From: Trypanosoma brucei
Taxonomy: Eukaryota
DNA length: 64,000 nt
Direction: 5' to 3'
NCBI GenBank assembly: GCA_000002445.1
Contig: CH464491.1
Location: 2,848,001 to 2,912,000 of the forward strand
Position numbers and translations under genes: made by a program. The notes below the pieces were generated by a model. That model made no database searches. It had not been told where the DNA came from and was given only the letters and a program-made list of their open reading frames with translations. Positions 51,701 to 61,285 of the stretch are shown piece after piece (the first letter of the stretch is position 1; every line of letters starts with the position of its first letter).

Positions 51701-54700
51701 CTTTCTCTTAGTCGCGATCTACGCTTTAGCGCCGTTGTCAACCCCCCTTCCCCGAAGAAACCGTGGGCTCAGGTATGCACACGCTAAGATTGTTGTCTTT
51801 TGTCCTGTTTTCCATTCCCCGCAGCAAGGAGTTCACGTTTTCAGCGTTTCGTCCGCCACTGCCCCAGGGGAAGATGCGGTTGGGCACCGTACAAACCACC
51901 AGATTGCAGTGTCCTAGCCCCAGTTTCAGTAAGTGGAAACGGTGTGCCTAATCCGCTGGTTGGCGCCACTAAGCTTTGCTTTTGCCGTTTCTGCCTTCGA
52001 AAGCACTCCTATTTACACTCATTCCCGCATTTGTTTGTTTGGGGGGGGAAGGGAAGGGAAGTGCCACGCAGTGTCACCAAGAGTTTTTCAAGGTTTTGGC
52101 ATAGACATGAACAAAGATGGCATCCCTCACCCGTGGTGGGCGGTTCTTCTTTGCAACGAACCGAATACCGACGGGAAGGTCACTCGTGCGTGTATCTGCC
52201 TAGCCTTGAGCAAACCCCCATACACAGCACATTCCTCGTCACACCCCCGCTCAGTGGGACCGGCCGAAAAACCAACGATACATGCTCAGTAAGCTGGCGG
52301 CTGATTATTTCCCTCATCATAATATCGTGCACCAACTCATTCATCTATGCGGAGGTTGATGCGTGCATAACGCGTCGGGATCAGGTCATCTTCATGACCA
52401 AACGAACGAAGCACGCTCTGCGCACGGTAAAAGATTTCATATTCCACCCGAGTGTGGTCGGTCACGTTTTTCCTGGAAAGAAGATGAAATTGAGTAACCG
52501 CCTCAATCTGGATCTGCCCTCCCCTTTGTGTTTTATCATTTTTAGGAACCGTTTGACCACAACATCCTCAGTAGTTTTTGACACCCGTCAGCTGCTGGCA
52601 CGGCCTTTCGCTCAGAATACCATAGCCGCTATGACGCTGCTTGGCTCAATCCTATTTTTTTTTTGGAATTTTCTTCGTGCCTTCGTGAGAGTTTCCCCCC
52701 ACTGGCGCGGCTATCAGCCATCACCGTAGAGCCCTGAGATGCTATCGGTCTGGCGATTGTGGCAGAGTCTCCCTTTTTCATTCATCCTAACACACCCTCT
52801 ATAATTTTTTGTTGTAGCTCCGCAGATGAACGGAATACAGCAGATGGGGCGAGAAGCCCCCCACCCCAGACTCTCCCAAAGATGTCAATTGGCCATCCTT
52901 TTTTGGAGTTCCACATCACCGGACAGCAGCATCTTAGTGCGGATGATACTGCTGATGGCACGCTGGCACGTGCCCAGGGACCGACAAATGAAAAACGGTG
53001 TCCCAGCAAGACGCTGCTGATCCCTGTGCTGTATGATGCCGTAGCCGGAGCACAGCAGTGTTCCCCATGAAAGGAACTCTGCTGGCTCTTGGCTTCCCCC
53101 GATGATACGGGGTACTGGACCATGGCACCACGTTGAAGTGTCTGGCATCGCCAGGGGGCTCAATCCTAAGCCCCCCGCGCGAAGACACACGCCTCACCGC
53201 GACGCCCGGGGAAGCCATATCATGTTTTGATGGAAGCCAAAAATCGGCGGCGCTACCATCAAAGAAACCCTTATAACTGGCGTGCTTCTGCTAAACGTCG
53301 TACTTTGGAGTTCACCGCCAACATCGATATGATGGGTTGTGGCACATTTTTTTTTCCGAAAACTCCTTTTAGAGGCTCTGTTTTTCGACAGTATTTCCCA
53401 AACCTTTAATTTCCCCGTCTTCCCGACGGGCGAAACCACCAACTACTCAATACTTTGTGTCAGGGCGCCCTTCTCGAAAAGTTCCGGAAGGGGAAAAATG
53501 ACGGTGAAACGGGCATCCGAACCAGTGACATGAATGAAAAGGCGAACAGAGCACATTAGCGCCCTCGCCGCTGACAAAACTTTTTCTGTGCCAAGAATAT
53601 TTTGTGTTCATACTTTTTTTTTAGTAGTTTGGAGAAGAAAGCGCGGCTGGGGCGCGTGTATTTTCGCGCTGGTGGCCAAGCGGATTGTGTGTCCGTCCGC
53701 CCTTTTCCGACCTTTGCGGAAACAACATGCTTTACTAAACGCCCATTATCCTGCACTATAATTCCAGTTTTCAAGCCTTCGCCCGCATGGGAATCGAACG
53801 CTGAAATCTTGCTTTTAATAGGGAGCAACGACTGTTGTGTCACGGCAGATGGCACGAGCGGCCTCGCGCCACACCAGTGGTGTTCCGAAAGAGGGTTCAG
53901 CTGTTTAACGCGCGGCGTTCGAGAGCAAACCTATATTTTCACTCCGCACCTGCTAACACCTGAGTTTCACAATTGTCCTGGACATTCACTAAGGGAGAAA
54001 TACATGCGTACGGCTGGAAAATGTAGAGAAGGTAAGTAAAGAAGAGCTTTCACCTCACGGGCCCCTCTCCCATTGTCCTTACTTTAACAGCGCACGTCGG
54101 GAAAGGAGAGGTTCCGTGCCCCCCGCCCGTTTTAGTTTCCTTTAGCTTAAAGACCTCAAATAAATTACTCCCACGTAAACGCTCTCGATGAATAATCTAC
54201 GGGCGGCTCTCTTTTCTACGAATTCCCCGTGGGCCCCGTCGGATTATAACGTTTAGTAGGCCTCCGGGGTTGGGAAGCCCAATCAAAGGTTACATTTTCC
54301 CACTACCCGTTTTAGAAGGGGTGGCGTCGCTCCACACACCGCCATCGACTGAAGAAACCCTTGTGTGTTGGCGAGAACTTTGATGAGCACAACTGGAAAG
54401 TGTTCTCTCTGCTTTCTTGGCTACATTTTATACGGCAGCCCGACCTCGACTTTATAAGGTTGTCGGAGACCCTTCGAGTCCACCAGCGGTGTTGCGCGTA
54501 CGTGGTGTGGATTCACGCCGACCCCCATTGCCATGTGTTCCTTCCCTTACTGAGGAGGTTCTGAGTTTCACCGTTTTGTGTGTCCAGAGCCGTATTGTGG
54601 AGCAGAACCCCTCCCTACATTTGGAGCCCCCAAAGTGTATCCGGACAGTCTCACTCGCGAGGGTGTTCCGCGGCAAGTTTGTCACGGCATTTGGCTAAAC

Positions 54701-57700
54701 GGTAAAGGTCGCGCGTCTATGTTGGTCTTTTAAACCCAAAATATTAGCGCTCTTGCGGCATAATCGCATCCATTCTCCAAGTTCCCAATTTGTGTTCTCC
54801 CATTGCCGATGGGCTGTGCTCTGTTCCACTGCCGCTGCTCATGTAGAGGCCGTTGTGTAACTTTTCCCAGTGCGTGGAGAGTAAGGTCCCTTTTCGGTTC
54901 GGCCATGGGTCCGCAGTACGGGAAACGAGGTATTTGAGATGCTGCAGTCTTGGCTGCGTCTGGGGGCTCCCAGTGTGTTGCTGTGCTCGAGCTTTTGTGC
55001 TTCGTTCTTTTTGTATCCCTCCAGAACGGGCTGTCCTTTACTTCACCGAAACAGCGTTTTGGAGACACAACCACGTCACAAACGGCAAGAGTCCGTTTCG
55101 TGGGAGACCGAAACCCAGAGATTTCACACTTCAGATTTTTTTTTTGAGTGTGAACAAGGGGTAATGGTTTTGTCGGCGGAGGGAAACGCCTCTGGTTTCA
55201 GTATAGGGTTCCCCCACCATCCTTACCGATGGCAAACCGCTGGCAGTTTTTACCCCGTAGGAATGCAGCACGAACCCGCGTCCCCTTAACACACATTCTT
55301 CACCCTGTGCTGCAGCCTGCATGCTCCCTATTCGTCTCTAAGGGTGTCTTCTGGCGACTTTTGTCGACGCATTGTATGGGATATTCCTCGAGGTCACTGG
55401 GAACGTTCCATGGGCGCGGCTTTGATACGCGAGGAGGGGTCGCGGGTGCGACTTGAGTTGTGTTCCCGAGTTGTGTGCAGTACTTAAACTGTCGCGGCGC
55501 CCTCCCACAGGACTCGCCGCGCGTCCGGGCTTGACGGCACTCTCGCGCTACTTCCTTACGAATGGTTGTAGATTGCTGTTGCAGCTGTTATATTCTTGCA
55601 AAGGAAAACAAGCACCAACCGCACCTGTTTTGAAGTTCCTTTTTCAATTCTTCAGAGCGGTTGCTCATGAAAAATAAAATCTCCCTCGTGGGGCTGTGGA
55701 GTCACGCCGTCTCTCTTGCTGAGGTTGTGCAATGTGGAAAGCAGGCTCGATGACTCTTGAAGTCAAATCAGGATGGAAGCACCTGCTCTCAAGGACGACC
55801 GGGTGTTAAGGAAGGCTCGCCTCAGCACTTGGGGTCTCGTTTGAACCGTTGTAGTCGGGCGCATCGTCGTTCCGCCAGAAGTCGGATGCTTGTAAGTTGG
55901 AGGAAGGGCTGTGGACAGGCAACGTGCGCGCGGCACCAATATATATCGATCCGTGTCCACCGATTGCTACTTGGCAAACTTGTTGTACGTGTGTGTGTGG
56001 CAGGAAGGCGAGGGAGGTGTCGCAGCCCCAGAAAAACCTGAAGCATCCTCACGCCTCTCCAAAGTGGGAGTTCACAGTTTCGTTCTCGACTGTTGTCTTG
56101 CCGCCATGATCTTACATTTGATGGGGGACAGAGATTTCAGTGGAACAAACTGCGGGTCTTCTGCGAATGAAGGACGCCTGGGAGCCCGGCTCCACTGCAC
56201 TGCCGCCTTTATGCAGTGGTGCGGTGTCTCGTCGCGGCCCTAAGGGTTGGCAGTTGCGGTGTCTGAGCCCGCTGCAAGGGGGGGGGTCTTGACATTAATA
56301 GCGCAATACTCCTTGGCGATTTGGGCCGCTTGAATGTGACGGGGGTATTCACTGCCTCGTGCTTTCGGGGGAGGCCGGAGCCAAGCGGCGTCCCCGGCCC
56401 GGCAAGCCTTGTGGCGTCCACTAAGATTGAGGTGACTCAAAACGGGATGATGCGCCGTTTTCACTTGAGCCGCCGTCTCTTTTCCCGGGTGGCGTATAAA
56501 CGCGCGCCGACGTACCGTGGAGTATCACGCTAACCGGGATACTGCCGCTGTGGTCCGTGCTTCTAGGTGTATTCCGCACTGATGCAGGGGATGGGTGGGG
56601 ATGAGGGTTGTCTCACATGAAGGAGCGAAGAAAATTAGAAGAATTCAGAGGTCTTCGACAAGCGGGGTTGCACATGGGCGCGGTGCACAAACTATGAGGT
56701 TCCTGCTACGTTACCTGTAGTTTCACACGTTCCGCCATGCGAGCAGTGTTACCATTCGAATGAAGGACGGTGCGGTGTTTGAGGCTCTGTTTACTTTAAA
56801 TACGAATATAAGGACATGAAGGAGAGTGCATTTGTTGCGGAACCTGGTGGAAGGCACCACTGTTTCAACAAAGTGACCAAGCATTTAAAGTTGAGTGTTG
56901 ACCGCATAAAACGTAAAGGCAGGGAGCCGTGCGCCGGGCGGACGTCCATCGTTTCAACTGTAAAGGATGAGTGAGTATACTATTTTGCTTCGATATGCAT
57001 GATTAAAGAAAGTGCTTATTGTGTTGATGTTGCTGTCATGAATGTTCAGGTGGTGTGATGATAGTGATCCACAAAATTTTAATTCATCGCATCCCCATAG
57101 TATTCGGGAGTTCTGGTGAACCGGAGCGTATGGCTAACGCCTTCCCCCTTTTTGGGTGAGTTGATCAAGTCAGTCTTGCGTTTATTTTGCTTAGTTTGCG
57201 GTAGGGAATATGTATTTTCCGGGCACCAGAAGTACTCGGGTGCTTTTAGCGCTTCGTGGCGTATGAGGGTTATTGGAGAAGGGCGGTAACTCTTCTGAAA
57301 TAAATAAGTGGTTGAATGTGTTTAAGTGATGCCTGCCACCACAATTGAAACTCAGCCGATGCGAATCATGTGTGATTTTTGTTTATATGCCTTATGTATT
57401 TTGTACTGATGTGTCTGCGTTTGCTGTACTAAATTTCCCCGCTGATGCTGCACTTGCTGCAGAAGGGGTGGTAGATAGGGCGATGGCTTATGTGATGTTG
57501 CTCCTGAGAGCGGTGGGTCATGATGCGGTTTAAGCCCATTTTGACGGAAAAGAGCGACGGGATTTTCAGTTGGAAAAGTTATGATATTTAATTGTGCATG
57601 TGCTGCATCTCGTGGGAACGGCTCATTCATTATCCTTCGTGGCGTTGTACTGGATGTTTTATCTATGACGGAATGGATAAGGGAAATAAATCATCTGCCT

Positions 57701-60511
57701 TTTCCCCCTTTTCGCTTTGCAGCTACAAATCTAGAGGTAGTGCACCTGAAGTGTTGAAATATTGTTTAAAGAGCGGTTTTAGCATAAGTTTGCGTCGAAG
57801 CAATTTGCTTTTGTGGCACCGAGATCTCTTCATCTTATTTTTGGTCCCACGCTCTTTAATAAACATTCGAACTTACAGTTGCTTGAAGAGAGGCAAAAAG
57901 GATGCTGAGAGCAAAACCTATTTACAGACTTGGTACCAATGCTCATAATCACTTATAATATTACCTAACACGCAGGGAAGGAGATGAACTGTGATTATTT
58001 TGTTTTGCAATGCTGTGCTTTGTGAAGGCAGATGCTTTTCGCTTTCGGTGGCGTCTAAGAAAAGTAATGCAACTGGACAACAGGTATGATTTTGTTCTTT
58101 AATACCCAACGAGTGCTTGCTCGTGTGCTAATGCGTGGTGTCCCGTGATGCTTTCTTAATGTGACCTCAGAGGGGTTGCTGTAGGGAGCAGGGTTTCTCC
58201 TCTTTGCTGGTCCATATCGCACTGTACGCATTGGTTTCAGCTAAGGTGCGTACCTGGAGTAAACAATGCACATCAAAGTGGCTGACGCGGTGCGTGCATA
58301 TATGTGTGTGATGAGGCGGCATCCCTACTGCCTTTGTCCGGAGGTGTTTCCGCGATTCGAATACATGGTCATAATTCTTGGAGGAGGTATGGGAGAGTTT
58401 TTCAAATATTACAAACCCCCATTGCACGTAGAATGTCTGCATATCGTTCTTTTGTAGCAACCGGGGTTCCTTTTTTCTTTTTTTTTTTTGTAAATTTCCC
58501 TGACAGGTCTTGCGTCAGGTTGGGTGGAGACACTGACCCTCCGTTGGACGGGATTTGCCTTCCACCAGCCAAAGGGCGACTCCGTAACCGTTTTGTCGTT
58601 TTTTTTTTTCCAAGAGTGCAATGTTGCACCCTTGTCACCCAGTTTTGTGTGCACTGGAGCGCTCCTTCTTTTGAATGAATAAGCGGCGTACGTCTTGTGA
58701 TTTCTTTGACACAGATGAAAATCACATACCTTAGCTTCTACCATAAACTTCAAGTGGTCTTTTACACTTTCCAACTGTCAGCATTTCCTCTTTTAGTTAT
58801 TACCCGCGTGTCGCACCGTACCGTTACAAAAAAAATAATTGCTGTTTGCTTCAACATCAAGGCATGGTTGTTCGGTTCTTTTATTAGTTACCGAGTGTCA
58901 TCATTGAAAAAACATTAAGTTTTTCATGATGTTTCGTGAGAGAAGGTAGCGTGGCTTATTACTGTGTACGACATGTTTTTTTTTGAGATGGATTGATCTC
59001 ATAGTAAGGGGCACTGTTCCCTGGTTTACGGATGTTATCCCTCCTGAAATATTGTCAGCAACCTGAATTTTTCTTGCGAAGTTATCTCCAGGTGTGTTTC
59101 TGCTGTTGTCATCATTAAAAAAAATTATCCATCGTGAACCCACCGCGCGAATGAAATTACCTCCGGTGGTCATTTTTTTTTTGTACTTCTACCCATTTTC
59201 AGCATTCTATGCGATGGGAGGGCTTACAAACTGAGATGGTACGTTGACAAAATGGATCCAACGAATGTGCTCCTCACGTTTCGTTCAGCGGATATCTTGC
59301 ACGTGTGTTTGTAAAGGTGCACAACCGCATGCCCGTATAGTTAACGTTCACTGACTGCCACGCATCTACATGGCGTTAACAGTGCGCGAACATTGGACTC
59401 CAATATATGCAACTGCATAATAACATGCGTGTTCTTGGTCTTTAAAAGAAAAACTACACTTTTCTGTGCAAGATGTTCTGAGCTGCGGTGTCGGGCGTGG
59501 CCCTTAACTTATTTCTAAAGGGGCATCTCTACCTCCATTTTTTAACCTTAAAAATAACGCGGCCCACCTGCGGCTCCATCGAACAAGCGTTTATTTGTAT
59601 CTGTTTTGCGTTGGAAGACTTCTACTTTAAATATTTTCGGCAAGTGCCATTATTGACTTGACACGTGTTTTTTTGTCCGCGCACTGGGTCACATCCATAC
59701 ATACCTAGGTGGCTGCGTTTTTATGAATGACCATTGTTGTGGTAGTTGCTGACGTGAAAGTGTTGGTAATTGTGGAGGTCGGTATCTGTGTAATATAGAT
59801 GCTGGACGCCGTCGTTGTTATCAAGCATTATATTTCTCTCGTTTTGTTAGTAGCTAAATACCGTTGCGTAGGCCTTACCGAATGTTAAAAATTTTGTTTG
59901 AGTGTATTCAGCGATCCCTCCCTTTACGTTTCCTGTTGTTTTGACATGCTTACCACTGGGTGGTTCGGTGCATCTAGTTGTGTGCTACCTCTGTTCAACC
60001 TTATTGGGATGTATTTTGTACTCTTCGTTCCAGCGCGTGAGGAGCAAGTGGAGAAGGGATTGTAACCGTTCGCTCTCACCAAGGTGGCACAGATTTTGTC
60101 CGGCCAATGTAGTGGGTACGCTAGGGTTTACTGTCTTTTGCACATGTGCGCGGTTTTATTGAGAAACTAAGGGATGCAGACTCGTCAAGTATGTGAATGC
60201 TTTCTTGCAACGCGGGGTGTATTACTGCATTCGTATGGGGTTCCTCTCCACACAGCTTGATGTCTCTAACGTTCTTTTTTGCTTTTGACCCGAAATACCT
60301 GGGTAGCTGTTCTTCCTCTCCAGAGATTTGGGTTAAATAACGAGTTTGGCGGAGATGCGACCATATGCATCCGTACATGGTTCTGTACGTACGCAATGTC
60401 GCTACTGCGTTTAACCAAATAGCATTCACTTGCCCATGCTTACTTTCTTTGCGATGAGAACCACGAAAGCGACCTGTTACTTTTCTATTTAAAAAAAAAA
60501 TATGAAGAGCA
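48747..60511. other. About 11.7 kb with no credible ORF on either strand; + strand pyrimidine/C-rich at 49.5-52.3 kb, AT/T-run-rich at 56.5-60.5 kb
   Basis: The longest ORFs here (51800-52729, 50894-51607) translate to C/R/S/P-rich low-complexity sequence unlike proteins. The region holds the C10A10 homopolymer at 50216-50235. It is flanked by same-strand genes on both sides. Confidence 0.6.
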
Positions 60512-60904
60512 ATGCCTCACCGCTCCACTGTGAGTAAAAAGAGGTCTAACAGTGTAAGTAGACCGACTGCTGCACAAAAATGCGCTGCACAGCCTCGTCC
60601 AACAGCCACCGCAAGCGAAGGGAGATTCCCAATATACGGAAGAAAGCCAGCTGTCACCGAGCCCCACCAACCGCAGGCAATTTGGAACAACACTTCTACG
60701 CGTGAAGATGTTGGAGGACGTGCATTGTATGATAAAGAACTTGCCCATATTGCACAACGACTACACGAGGAGCTGTGCTCTTTTCGACAGAGAACTCAAC
60801 GGGCGCGGATGCGGGAGTGCCTGGCTTACAGTCGGCTCCGACAAATCCTGACCACCCGACTCAGTGTACGAAATATAGTTGAAGAACAATCAGAGGGACG
60901 GTAG
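60512..60904 (+). CDS. Small hypothetical protein (130 aa)
   Basis: An ORF with basic, mildly helical character (...LYDKELAHIAQRLHEELCSFRQRTQRARMRECLAYSRLRQIL...). It is the only protein-like ORF between the gene desert and the repeat gene. Coding status is uncertain. Confidence 0.3.
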   Translation: MPHRSTVSKKRSNSVSRPTAAQKCAAQPRPTATASEGRFPIYGRKPAVTEPHQPQAIWNNTSTREDVGGRALYDKELAHIAQRLHEELCSFRQRTQRARMRECLAYSRLRQILTTRLSVRNIVEEQSEGR

Positions 60905-61285
60905 ATAATGGAGCAGGTACAAGTGCAAGAACCCACACACAATAACAGCAGCAAAGAACACAATAATCCTTAGGCTAATAAAGTACCAAAGTTAAGCCAT
61001 GAGAACTTGCACTTTTCATTATTAACAATTTTTTAACCTTTCCATTTCTCATATATAAATATACACGTATAAAAAAAAGAAAGAGGAGAGCCAACGACGG
61101 CAGCAGCCGCACCGAACAAAAGACGCCTACAACCAAGCACAATCAAACAATAGACGACAAAATACCGGCATCACCACTAGAGAGTATACTAGTGGAAGCA
61201 GCAGAGTGTGGAGGCCAAAGCACCACCGTTGGATTTCTGTGATTTCGTTAACAGCGTTGATACTAAGCAAACTCGTGCTGCAATC

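Noticed and set aside
51800-52729. A 309-aa + strand ORF in the gene desert
   Set aside because: Its translation is Cys/Arg/Ser/Pro/Phe-rich with no domain-like segments. Neighbouring frames are equally open, consistent with pyrimidine-rich non-coding DNA.
53778-53860. A possible minus-strand tRNA suggested by gggaatcgaacgc (T-arm-like GTTCGATTCC on the reverse complement)
   Set aside because: I built the reverse complement and the T-stem does not base-pair with a 7-nt TTCGATT loop in the expected register. No acceptor-stem complementarity was evident. I left it for tRNAscan-SE.
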